This document shows, in pieces, positions 52,131 to 64,000 of a stretch of 64,000 nucleotides of DNA. The stretch is taken from assembly GCF_963921235.1 (NCBI RefSeq), contig NC_086108.1, positions 105,030,001 to 105,094,000 on the forward strand. The letters are read 5' to 3'. The stretch is from Mobula hypostoma. Lineage: Eukaryota. Under the pieces are notes generated by a model. It was given only the letters and a program-made list of their open reading frames with translations. It did no database searches and was not told the origin of the DNA. The number at the start of each line of letters is the position of its first letter. The first letter of the stretch is position 1. The translations under genes were made by a program, and so were the position numbers.

Positions 52131-52318
52131 AAAGAGTGAAGTGGTATTTGCAATTTTCTAGTCCTCCAGAGTCATTCCCGAATGTAGTGATTCTTAAAAG
52201 ATTAATTTCTTCTACCAAAGTGCATGACCACACACTTCCCAACACTAAATTCCATGTGCTACTTCTTTGTCCATTCCTCCAATCTGCCTAAATCCTTCCG
52301 CAGACTCCCTCTTAATGA

Positions 52319-52995
52319 GTGAGGAGAAGATGGCGGCGCGACACAGCGCGCAGCAGCCACTCCGGTGAATGGTATCTGTTATTTGTCAAGTAGGATGCCG
52401 TGCACAATCCTGATTTGATAGAGACAGACATGAGAGCACGGAGGAACATCTGGTGAAACTTCTGAAATGCCTATTTCGCTGCCGCTGCTACTGTGTGATC
52501 CAGAATCTCCGGAGGGGAAGGCCCCGAGTCCTCAGCTTTGCTTGTTGCTCGGCGGCCGGGGCGGGGTCAAAGCGCTCGGCAGAGATGGTGCTCGGTGCTC
52601 AGTGTCGGAGGGCTGGTCGGAGGCTCAAAGTTTTCGGATGGTCTCAGAGTCGGCTGCGGTCGGGTGCTTCCAATGGCGCTGCATCGGCAAGTTTGCGGCG
52701 CTGGAGGTTCATGGCAGGGACAGTTTCTCCCTTCTTCCGTCTGTGTGAGATGATGGGGCTATCGGGACTTGAGACTTTTTTTTTACCGTGCCCATGGTCT
52801 GTTCTTTATCAAATTACAGTATTGCTTTGCACTGTTGTAACTATATGTTATAATTATGTGGTTTTGTCAGTTTACTCTTGGTTTGTCCAGTGTTTCTGTG
52901 ATATCTCTGTGGAGGAACATTGTATCATTTTTTAATGTATGCATTTCTAAATGACAATAAACGAGGACTGAGTGTCCTCATAATCTAATCTAATC
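52319..52995 (+). mobile_element. Young CpG-rich non-autonomous retroposon
   Basis: 5' AAGATGGCGGC, 3' AATAAA plus (TAATC)n tail, TSD TAATGA. Confidence 0.7.
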
Positions 52996-54214
52996 TAATG
53001 ACTCCAAAATCTCTTCAACTCCCTCATTCAGAAACCTGGGGTGTAGTCCACCTGGTCTAGGTGACTTACTTACCTTCAGATCTTCCAGATTCTCAAGCTG
53101 CTTTTCATTAGTAATAGTAACTACATTCCCTTCTGCCACCTGACACGCTCAAATTTCTGGCACGTTGCTAGCATCTTCACAGCGAAGCCCGATCCAAAAA
53201 CTTATTAAGTTCCTCCTCTTGTATCCAGGTTTAAAGAGATTCTGGAGGTGCTAGAGATCTTGAGCAACACACACACACACAAAATGCTCGAGTAACTCAG
53301 CAGGAGGGAAGCAAACATATTGGGCTGAAACCCATCAGACCATAAGATATAGGAGCAGAATTAGGCCACTTGGCACATTGAGCCTGCTCCAGCATTCAAT
53401 CACGGCTGATATGTTATCCCTTGTAACCCCATTCTCCCATACCCCTTGACACCCTTACTAATCATGAGCTTATTCACCTTCACTTTAGATACACCCAATG
53501 ACATGGCCTCCACAGCTGCCAACCCTTCATCAGGACTACTCATTTCCCTCCATAGGTGCCATCTGACTTGCTGCATTCCTCCACCATTTTGTGTGTGTTG
53601 GGTCTGTATTCATGATGTATTACTCCTATGATTCTAACAATTACATCTTGGCCGCCACAACCAAAAACAAAATATTTTATGGATGCTTACTCATTTCTTT
53701 ATTCCTTGGAGATCACCCACCAAGTTTCCTTAAATTGGAACTGAGAGGACACAACAAAAACAACTCATTGCCACAAAGGTGCTTTGGGATATCCTGAAGT
53801 TGTGAATGAATGCATACAATCCAAGTTAGTTCTGTCACTTTAATCTGCCATTACTGAAACTTCCCCAACTAAAAGTTTTACTTGGCGAAAAAATAACTTT
53901 AAGTTTTATCTTAATTTTTCAGTAATATTTTATTTTTGATTTTTCAGCGACTGTTTTTCCTGGAGGAATTTTTTTCTCTGGCCTTGCTGACTGATGTATT
54001 TTTCCTGTTTCCTGGTTCAGCCCGAAGTGGAAATGTTTATATCATGGAAGGACTTGCTCTCCTTGTGACTGGGAAGCAAATAGTGAGAAAATTCTGGGGT
54101 GAATTTCATTCTACAAAATCAGAGGGCTTCAAAAGGTATCCTCAGCCACCAACACTTTTTTTTAAGTCAAAATAAACTTTGTTTCATAATAAGAAAATTA
54201 TTTACAAGAATACT

Positions 54215-54932
54215 TTATACTTTATTGTTGCCAAACAATTGATACTAGAACGTACAATCATCACAGCGATATTTGATTCTGTGCTTCCCACTCCCTGGAT
54301 TACAAATATTAAATATTAAAAATATTAAAAATAGTTAAAATTAGTAAACATTAAAATTTTAAATTATAAATCATAAATAGAAAATAGAAAAATGGAAAGT
54401 AAGGTAATGCAAAAAAACTGAGAGGCAGGTCCGGATATTTGGAGGGCACGGCCCAGATCCGGGTGAGGATCCATTCAGCAGTCTTATCACAGTTGGAAAG
54501 AAGCTGTTCCCAAATCTGGCCGTACGAGTCTTCAAGCTCCTCAGTCTTCTCCCAGAGGGAAGGGGGACGAAAAGTGTGTTGGCTGGGTGGGTCGTGTCCT
54601 TGATTATCCTGGCAGCACTGCTTTGACAGCGTGCAGTGTAAAGTGAGTCCAAGGACGGAAGATTGGTTTGTGTGGTGGGCTGCGCCGTGTTCACGATCTT
54701 CAGCAGCTTCTTTCGGTCTTGGACAGGACAACTTCCATACCAGGTTGAGATGCACCCTAGAAGAATGCTTTCTACGGTGCATCTATAAAAATTAGTGAGG
54801 GTTTAGGGGACAGGCCAAATTTCTTTAGTTTTCTCAGGAAGTAAAGGCGCTGGTGGGCCTTCTTGGCAGTGAACTCTGCTTGGTTGGACCAAGTCAGGTC
54901 ATTTGTGATATTGACCCCGAGGAACTTAAAGC
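54215..54932 (-). mobile_element. Rex/Babar-type LINE 3' fragment
   Basis: IIKDTTHPA..LPSGRRLRSLKTRTARFGNSFFP. Confidence 0.85.
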
Positions 54933-54939
54933 ATGACAT

Positions 54940-55400
54940 TCTTTTATATTCTTTACATTCATAGTCAATGCTTTCCGGACTGTTCTATTATATTCCAACA
55001 TGTCAAAGACAGTGTCGTCACTCGTGTGGCTCCCTGGGGTGGTACACTACTGCAATAAATGAGGGGCTTCCTCACTCAACCTGCCCGTTACCTCTCTGGT
55101 AACAGAAGAACCCTACCTTGTGGTCCTTCCCCCCTCCTGCCCCCAAACCCTTTTGGTGGCTGCTCCAAGCTTCAGTGCATCTCTCAGCATGGACTCCTGC
55201 AGCCTCGAGTGTGCTAGTTGGCAGCATTCCTCCAAGGACATCCTGATGTACTGGCAAACCAACAAGTTTTGGGCGGTCCAAAGGGCGTCTTTCACCAGTT
55301 GCTGATCTGCCAGCAGTGCTTGATGCGTGTCCCTGGGAACAGCCTGTTGATCAGAGAGTCCTCTCTCATGCAACACAGGCCCATGCATTTTTCTCCATCA
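54940..55400 (-). mobile_element. Tx1-like LINE C-terminal fragment
   Basis: VKDALWTAQNLLV..ECCQLAHSRLQE..LRDALKLGAA. Confidence 0.6.
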
Positions 55401-56466
55401 ACCTAAGTTATGGAGTTAAGAGAGGAGAAAGGATCTATAATCTTCCAATTTAATCAACAAGCTACCTGCCATTTGATCCACAGCTCATTTAACTTTGCTG
55501 GGAAAGTCATTTTCAAATGGTTTTTATGGTGGCAATTTTGAAACTAGATTGTGAAGAGATGATTGGATCAATCCACTGCCAATCAAGCACGCTTCCCACA
55601 CTTTTAGAGACTAAGATAGTGTCTTAAAACATAATTTAAAGACAACTATCCAGGGAAATTATCAATGAGGATGTGTTTAGTTTCCTCCGACTCGATTTTC
55701 TGAACAAATTAACATCTGGTGTAGTAAGTGAGTTGTTGGAAGGTCTCAATGGGTCAGGCAGCAACTGTGGAGGGAAAAGGACAGTCAGCATGTTGAATTG
55801 AGATCCTTTATTTGGTCTATAAGAAAAGAGGGTAGTGTGGAGCCAGTGGGGAGAGTTGAGGGGAGGGGTGAGGAAAGAGCTAACAAGTGATATGTGGCTC
55901 CAGGTAAGGAGGGGTGATAGACAGATGGTTCAGTGGATAGTTCTCCTTTGGATGTGAGTCACATCACTTGTTCCACCATCAAACCAATGGCTGGCACAAT
56001 GTTGTTTGTAGGTATTCTACTTCGTTGATGTTTAAGTAGAAATTGGATTGGTTTATTATTTCCCTGTATACTGAGATATAATGAAAGACTTTGTTTACAT
56101 GCTATCCAGACAGGTCATTGTACACATAAGTATATTGAAGTAGTAAAAATAACTCAGAATATAGTGCGACACACACACACATAATACTGAAAGAACAGTC
56201 GATGTTTCGGGCCGAGACCCTTCATCCACACAATACTCCCTGTGACCTAACAAGACTTTTATAAAGTTGGAATATTACCTTGTGCTCTTAGACCCAATCA
56301 CCCTACTAAAGTTCAAAATACACATCTGTTACCGTATACTACCCTGAAATTTATTTTCTTGTGGGAATTCACAGTCAATTTAAAGAAACACAATACAATC
56401 AATGAAAAACCGCACGCAAGATGGACAACCAACAAACTGTGCAAATACAAAAAGAGAGAAAAAACA

Positions 56467-56985
56467 AGTTCTGGTCGCCTCACTACAGGAAGGATGTGGA
56501 AACCATAGAAAGGGTGCAGAGGAGATTTACAAGGATGTTGCCTGGATTGGGGATCATGCCTTATGAGAATAGGTTGAGTGAACTCGGCCTTTTCTCCTTG
56601 GAGCAACGGAGGATGAGAGGTGACCTGATAGAGGTCTACAAGATAATGAGAGGCATTGATCGTGTGGGTAGTCAGAGGTTTTTCCCCAGGGCTGAAATGG
56701 CTAGCACGAGAGGGCATAGTTTTAAGGTGCTTGGAAGTAGGTACAGAGAGAATGTCAGGGGTAAGTTTTTTACGCAGTGAGTGGTGAGTGCATGGAATGG
56801 GCTGCTGATGGTGGTGGTGGATGTGGAAAAAATAGGATCTTTTAAGAGACTCCTGGATGGATACGTGGAACTTAGAAAAATAGGGGGCTATGGGTAAGCC
56901 TATGTAGTTCTAAGGTAAGGACATGTTCGACAGAGCTTTGTGGGCTAAAGGGCCTGTATTGTGCTGTAGACTTTCTATGTTTCTA
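56467..56985 (+). mobile_element. CR1 3' fragment
   Basis: FWSPHYRKDVETIERVQRRFTRM, with a tttctatg tail. Confidence 0.9.
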
Positions 56986-57823
56986 TAAAATAAAAATAAT
57001 GACTGAGTAAGCAATAAGTATCGAGAACATGAAATGAAAGGTCAGTGAAAATGAGTCCACATGTTGTGGGAACAATTCAGCAATAGGACAAGTGAAGTTG
57101 AGTGAAGTTATTCCCTGTGGTTCAAGAGCTTGATTGTTGAGGGGTAATAATTGTTCCTGAACCTGACGATGTGAGCCCTGAGGCTTCTGTACCTCCGTTC
57201 TGATGGCAGGAGTAAGAGAGTAGCATGATCTGTATGGACATAATCTTTGATAATGGATGCTGTTTTCCCGTGACAGTGGTCCTTTAGATGCACTCAATGG
57301 TAGGGAGGGCTTTAACCGTGAGAAGCCTCATGAGCCTTCAGTTTCCTCCTCCTGCAGTTAACAATCAGCTCCTTGGTTTCGCTGATGTTGGGACATATAC
57401 TGGAGTTAGGGTATATAACAAATATTAAGGTCAACCGCTGTCCATTCTTCAGACATGAACATGGATTGTAGCTTGAGCAGTAGTTTTCCTGGGGCTGTGG
57501 AGCTGATTATTGACCACAGGAGGAGGAAAGTGAAGATTCATGAGCCTGTCCTCATCAGAGGATCAGAGGTGGAGAGGTTAAATTCCTTAACATTGTTATT
57601 TCAGAGGATCTGTCCAGGGTCCAGCATGGATGTGCCATTGCAAAGAAGGCAAGATAGTGCCTCTGCTTTTTCAGATGTTTGTGATGATTTAACATGTAAT
57701 ATAAAACTTTGACAAACTTCTATAGATGGGTGGTGGAGAGTATACTGACTCTTTGCATCATGGTCTCTTATGGAAACACAAATGCCCTTGAATGGAAAAG
57801 CCGACAAAAAGTAATGAATACGG

Positions 57824-58051
57824 TGAAGCACCTTCAATTACTCCAAAAGACTGAGGTTTGGTAAAATACTGGAAGGCTTTTATTCGCTGTACAATACGAC
57901 CTCCACAGTGAGTGTCTGCCCCCGGACTGAGGGGGAGGGGCAAGGCGAACACCTTTATACAGGGTCTGTGGGAGGAGCCACAGGGGCAGTCAGCAGAGGG
58001 GTGTGTCCAGACAGGGAACCCCGTTACAACATATATACATGGTTTACCACA
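57824..58051 (-). mobile_element. Solo LTR (228 bp)
   Basis: TG...CA termini with near-TSD TACGG/CACGG. TATAAA and AATAAA on the minus strand. Confidence 0.7.
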
Positions 58052-58944
58052 CACGGCCCAGTCCTTCTCACCGTTAAAGCTTTCCCACACGTTGATTGAA
58101 AACCAGACAATGCTGATGAACATTCATTTTGTGTCTCTGGTGTGTGGGTGCGAAGAAGGAGGTGAGTGAAAAATACTATATGTAACACAAAGGACACATT
58201 GTAACTATAGAACTGTGCTACTGTTACCTTTGATCTTTAGCATATAAAATGTCATATAATATTGGGTCGATCCAGCCCCTTCCTCCAAGAGTGTCTCATT
58301 TTGTTGAATAAAACACTTCTGTATCCACAGCTTTAGTGTCTCTCCAGTAAGTTTGTTCACGTTACAATACTGACACTGAATTAAAGGCTGCTGTTGTGGC
58401 ACCATGAACTATGAGCTAATGAAGGCCAACATTTTGTACACCTTGCGTACGTATATAGGAAAATAAACCTGATGTTGGCTCAAGCGAACGAATGGCTTAC
58501 TCCTGTTGAATGTAGGTTGTATGATTGCATGCCCTCGATCAGTAGTTATGTAGAATGATTATGAAGTTATCCAGCTCCTTGGCTGCTCTTCCTCGGGCGC
58601 AGTGAGGGACTGTGTGCCGATCACAATGGAGTAAGTGCTAGCATCCCATCTTGAATAAACAATGCATTCGCACCCAGTCTCCTGCAATCTGGCTATGGTT
58701 GGAAGTGTGAGGAGAAGCAGAACGGGCTGGGTGGTATGAATAAAGAGGCTATCATGTCGGTCACTTTGCAATGCACACCATCTGTGTAAGTGTAAACTCC
58801 AAAGCTCAAAGTAAATGTATTATCATGGTACGTGTAGGTTATCATGTCCTACATTGAGAATCATTATCTTGCAGGCATTTATAGGATAAATAAAGAAATA
58901 CTATAGAATCAATGAGAAAAAAACATATACATGAATGCTAAATA

Positions 58945-59560
58945 TGTAGCATTCATTTCTAGAGCCCTAGAATAAAAATGCAAGGATGTAATGTTGAGAC
59001 TTTATAAATCACCGGTGAGGCCTCACTTGTTGTTTTGTGAGCAGTTTTGGGCTGTGCTGGATGTGCTGACCTTGGAGAGGGTTCAAAGGAGGTTCACGAG
59101 GATGATTCCAGGAATGAAAGTCTTTGATGGCTCTGAGGTTGTACTCGCGGGTATTCAGAAGAATGAGGGGGGATCTCATTGAACCCTATTGAATGTTGAA
59201 GGGCCTTAACAGAGTGGATGTAGAGAGGATGTTTCCTATGGTGGGGGAGTCCCAGATCAGAGGACACAGCCTCAAAATAGAGGGACAAGCATTTAGAATG
59301 AAGAAGTGTAGTAATTATTTAGCCAGAGAGTGGTGAATCTGTGGAATGTATTGCCACAGGGGGCTGTGGAAGCCGTCATTGGGAATATTTAAGGCAGAGG
59401 TTGACATATTCCTGATTAGTCGGGGTATGAAGGGATACGAAGAGGAGGCAGGAGGTTTTGAGATGGGAGGAAAAATAGATCAGCCATGATGAAATAGCAG
59501 AGCAGACTCGATGGGCCAAATGGCATAATTCTGCTCCTATGTTTTCTGATCTTATGGTTT
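58945..59560 (+). mobile_element. CR1 3' fragment
   Basis: MLRLYKS.VRPHL..LERVQRRFTRMIPG. Confidence 0.85.
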
Positions 59561-60679
59561 TATAAGCAAAACCTGACAAACAACCAATGTGTAAAAGAAG
59601 ACACGTTGTGTAAATGAGAAGCAAATCTGAAAACATGAGTAGAAGAGTCCTTGAAAGTGAGTCTGTAAGTTGTGGAATCAGTTCAGTGTTGAGGTGAGTG
59701 TAGTTATCTCACTGGTTTAGGAGCCTGATGGTTGTAGGGTAATAACTGTTCCTGAACAAGATGTTCTGCCAAAGGGTTTGGACCCAAAACGCCGACTGTA
59801 TTTATTTCCAAAGATGCTACCTGGCCTGTTTAGTTCCTCCAGCATTTCGTGTGTGTAACTGTTCCTGAACCTGGTGGTTGGGGACCTAAGTCTGCTGTAG
59901 CTGCCACCCGATGACAGTAGTGTGAAGAAGTGAGCATGGGCTGGATAGTGCTGGTCTTTGATGACAGATGCTGCTTTCTTGTGGCAATGCTCCATGTAAA
60001 TGTGCTCAGCGGTGTGGAGGGCTTTGTTTGTGATGGACTATGTTTGTCCTCTCCCTTAAGAAGCCTTGGTGCAAGTTTAAAGAAGGGAAAAGGGCTTCTC
60101 CGAGGTACCTGCACAAGAATATATCCCTCCAGTAATAACATTGAAATAAATAACCCAATTTAAGAGTCTTTTTCACAGAAGACTGCAGATGCTGGAATTT
60201 AGAGCAGCAAACAATCTGCTGAGGAACTCAATGGATCGAGAGTGGCTGTGGGAGGAAAGGAATTGTTGACATTTCCTGATCTGTGGGGGGGCGAAGGAAA
60301 CATTGACAATTCCTCCTCCGACCCACCCAACAGATATGACTTAGGCAGCTGAGTTCCTCAAGCAGGCTGTGTCTTCTTTTCATTAATTGTTATATCAGTC
60401 TTCTCCCTGACTATTTGTGGAAGGAGTTTAAAATGCATTAGGGGATGCTGTTATAGCGTGTGATTACATGATGTGTGCCAATGTGTTTACCTAATAGAAT
60501 TAGGGTTGGTAAAATACAATGTCTATTTTCTAATTTTGTTCAAATCTTATGAAACTAAACTTGAACTGATGGAATTATAAACATAACATATTTCTAAATA
60601 CTAAATTGGTTTTCAAAACTCGAGTTGTCCATCAGTGACTGAAAAAAAACGAAACATATTTTCAACAGATTTAGAGAAT

Positions 60680-61190
60680 CATAAAAAAGTACAGCACAGA
60701 AACTGGCCCTTTGACCCGTCTAGTCTGTGCCAAACTATTTAAGTTACTTACCCCCGTCGACTTGTACTGGGACAGTAGCCCTCCATACCCCTACCATCCA
60801 CGTTCCTATCCAAGCTTCTCTTGACCATTGAAATCAAGCTCGCATGCACCATCTATGTTGCAAGCTCATTCCACGCTCTCACGACCCTCTGAGTGACAAA
60901 GTTGTCCTTCATGTTCTCCTCAAACTTTTCACCTTTTACCCTTAACCCATGACCTCTAGTTGTAGTCCCACCCAACTTCAGTGGAAAAAGCCTGCTTGCA
61001 TTAACCCTATCTGTACCCCTCATAATTTTGTATATCTCGATCAAATCGCCTCTCAGTCTTCTACATTCTGAGGAATAAAGTGCTAACCTATTCAATCTTT
61101 TCTTATAACTCAGGTCCTCCAGACCCGGCAACACCCTTGTAAATTTTCTCCATACTCTTTCAATCTTATTTACGTCTTTCTTGTATTTCT
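60680..61190 (-). mobile_element. CR1 3' fragment
   Basis: LPGLEDLSY..RRLRGDLIEIYKIMRG. Confidence 0.85.
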
Positions 61191-64000
61191 TGAAGCAGAA
61201 GTGCCTGAATTTGGATTGGGAGAGGAATGCAATGGGGTTACACTGCTGACAGGATTAGCAGTCAATTGTTTGTAGAGCCGGTTACCACATCCAGGCTGTG
61301 CCCTCTTCTCATTACTACTATCAGGCAGGAAGTAGGTCTCATACTGCCAGGTTCAGGAACATACATACAGCTACAGAAAATGGTGGATAAAGGCTAGTAC
61401 ATCGCAGGCAAAGCCCTCTCCATCATTGAGTACATTTCCATGGAGGACTACAACCATTGGGCAGGAAGTACAGGAGATCAGGTCCCACACAACCAGGCTC
61501 AGAAACAGTTATTACCCTCCAAAGGCTGGAGAAACTCAGCAGGCCGGGAAAATGGTACAGTCGACTTTTGGGCTGAAACCCCTCGGCAGGACTGGAGAAA
61601 AAAAAGCTGAGGAGTAGATTTGAAAGGTAGGGGGAGGGGAGAGAGAAATGCCAGGCAACAAGTGAAACTTGGAGGGGGAGGGATGAAGAAAACAGCTGGG
61701 AAGTTGATTGGGGAAAGAGACAGAAGGCCATGAAAGAAAGGCAAACGGGGTGGGGGAGGAGCACCAGAGGGTTGAGATGGGCGGGCAAAGAGATAACGTG
61801 AGAGGGGGACAAGGGGATGGGAAATGGTGGGGAGGGGGGGAAAGGAAGCATTACTGGAAGTCTGAGAAATCATTGTTATCGCTCCCCCTCCAAGTTTCAT
61901 TATCGCCTGCCGTTTCTCTCTCTCCTGCCCCCACCTTTCAAATCTACTCCTCAACTTTTACTCCAGTCCTGTCGAAGAGTTTCGGCAAAAAACGTCCACT
62001 GTACTCTTTTTCCATGGATGCTGCCTGGCCTGCCGAGTTTCTCCAACATTTTTTGTGTGTTGCTCAGATTTCCAGCATCTACAGATTTTCTCTTGGTTGT
62101 GACAGTCATTACCCCACAGCATTCGGGCTCCTGAACCAACATAGGTAACTTCACTCACCTCAATACTGAACTGATTCTACCTCCATATTCACTTCCAAAG
62201 ACCCTTAACGCTCAGGTTCTTAGTATTCATTTGCACAATTTCTCTTCTTTTGCACATTGCTTGTTTATCAGTCTTTATTGATGCAAAATTTTGGCTGCTA
62301 GTAAGGAGAGGCTGATGATAGGGCAAAATTGCAGTCAACAGGATAAGCTGCAATGTAAATCCCAAAGAGGAAGAGATATTCTAAAGTCAGAATAACAGTA
62401 CCGTAGCTGACAACAGATGCTTTCATAATTTCTATTGTACTTTTTCCTGTAAATGCCTGCAAGGAAATGAATTTCAGGATAGAGTATCATAACATATATG
62501 TGCTTTGATAATAAATTTACATAGAACATAGAACACTGCCGCACAGAACAGGCCCTTTGGCCCACAATGTTATGCTGACCTTTCAATCAACTCAACATCA
62601 GTCTAACCCTTCCCTCCTACATAGCTCTCTATTTTCTACTTTTCTTCGTCTTTGAAATTCGAGCATTGAATTAGAACAAATAAAATAGAGTCTATTGTAG
62701 CGCAAAGTGATTGAAGTGACCATCATGTTGTTAAACTCCACAGATTAGAGTATCACCAAGTAGTGGAAGTAACACAGCATAATTCAAAGTAAATTTATTC
62801 TCAAAGTACATTCATGTCACCATATACAACCCTGAGATTCTTTTTCTTGCGGGCATTCACAGACAACACAATAAAGACAATAGAATCAATAAAGGGCCTC
62901 CCCAATAGGACAGACAAATAATCAATGTGCAAAGGACAAACAAACTGGGCAAATACGAAGAGAAAAGAAGAAATAATAAATAAACAAACAAACAAACAGA
63001 AAAATAAACAGATAAATAGATAAATAAATAAATAAATAAGTTGTGTCCTTGAGCAAAGCACTTAACCACACATTGCTCTGCGACAACACCGGTGCCAAGC
63101 TGTATCGGCCCTAGTGCCCTTCCCTTGGACAACATCGGTGGCGTGGAGAGGGGAGACTTGCAGCATGGACATCTGCTGGTCTTCCATACAACCTTGCCCA
63201 GGTCTGCGCCCTGGAAACCTTCCAAGACACAAATCCATGGTCTCACGAGACTAACGGATGCCTAAAAATAAATAAGCAATAACTACTGAGAACATGGGAT
63301 GAAGAGTCTCTAATCAAACTATAATCAAGTGCTTGAGATATTGCATGATGTCATCACCAAACAAGAAATCCTGATGCATTCCAAATCATAGTCGGCGACT
63401 TCAAACTGGCTTGCTTGAAGAAATCCCTGCCCAATTGCTATCAGCATATAATCTCTAGCACCAGAGGTCCCGACACACTAGACCACTGTTACACTAAAAT
63501 AAGGAATGCCTACTGTTCCATACCCACACCACAATTAGGTAAATCTGATCACTTCGCTGTCCTGCCAAAGGGTTTCGGCCTGAAACGTCAACTGTACTTT
63601 TTTGCATAGATGCTGCCTGACCTGCTGAGTTCCTCCAGCATTTTGTGCGTGTTACTCGGATTTTCAGCATCTGCAGATTTTCTCTTGTTTGTGACTTGGC
63701 TGTCTTTCTCCTTCCTGCATAAAGCAGAAGATAAAGAGCAAGGCTCCAGAGAAAAGGACAACAAAGGGGTGGTCACGGGAAGCAGGGGAGCAGTATCGGG
63801 ATTGTTTTGAGTCGATGGAGTGGTCAGTGTTCAAGGACTCATCTGTAGATCTGAATGAGTACACCATTGTTGTCACGGATTTATAACAGCAGATGTAGAT
63901 GAGTCTGTCTCCACAGAATCATTCAGAATCTCCCCCAACCAGGAGCCCTGGATGAACCATGAGATCTGCACTCTGCTGAGGGCCAGATCAGAGGTACTCA

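Noticed and set aside
1..64000. CRISPR arrays, rRNA/tRNA genes, prokaryotic operons
   Set aside because: None seen. The sequence is vertebrate repeat-rich DNA, and the only clear tRNA match I identified is the PBS.

Overview
Vertebrate non-coding, repeat-saturated DNA. The repeat repertoire (CR1 tails such as gaccataa/atagaaac, Penelope terminal repeats, Rex/Babar-type, RTE, R4/Dong-like and L1/Tx1 LINEs, Tc1 elements) points to a cartilaginous fish, probably a ray; this is an inference. I found no intact host gene, and most listed ORFs are transposon debris. The stand-out is a 4.7-kb minus-strand Gypsy/Mag (K02A2.6-like) LTR retrotransposon at 44513-49253. It keeps both LTRs, a tRNA-Ser-like PBS, a PPT, gag and protease. 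Its RT/RNaseH/integrase region has been replaced by an intronless, near full-length SUDS3 cDNA, fused in frame to Gag-protease. An antisense intronless RNF213 (RING region) cDNA fragment sits inside the SUDS3 copy, and a second copy of the SUDS3/RNF213 junction occupies the 5' leader. Most of the junctions I could place show microhomology, as expected from reverse-transcriptase template switching. Secondary observations are minimal hammerhead ribozyme motifs in Penelope repeats, several solo LTRs with target-site duplications (TSDs), a perfect 32-bp hairpin, an octamer-motif cluster and a few orphan exon-like segments. All assignments are by eye; no searches were run.
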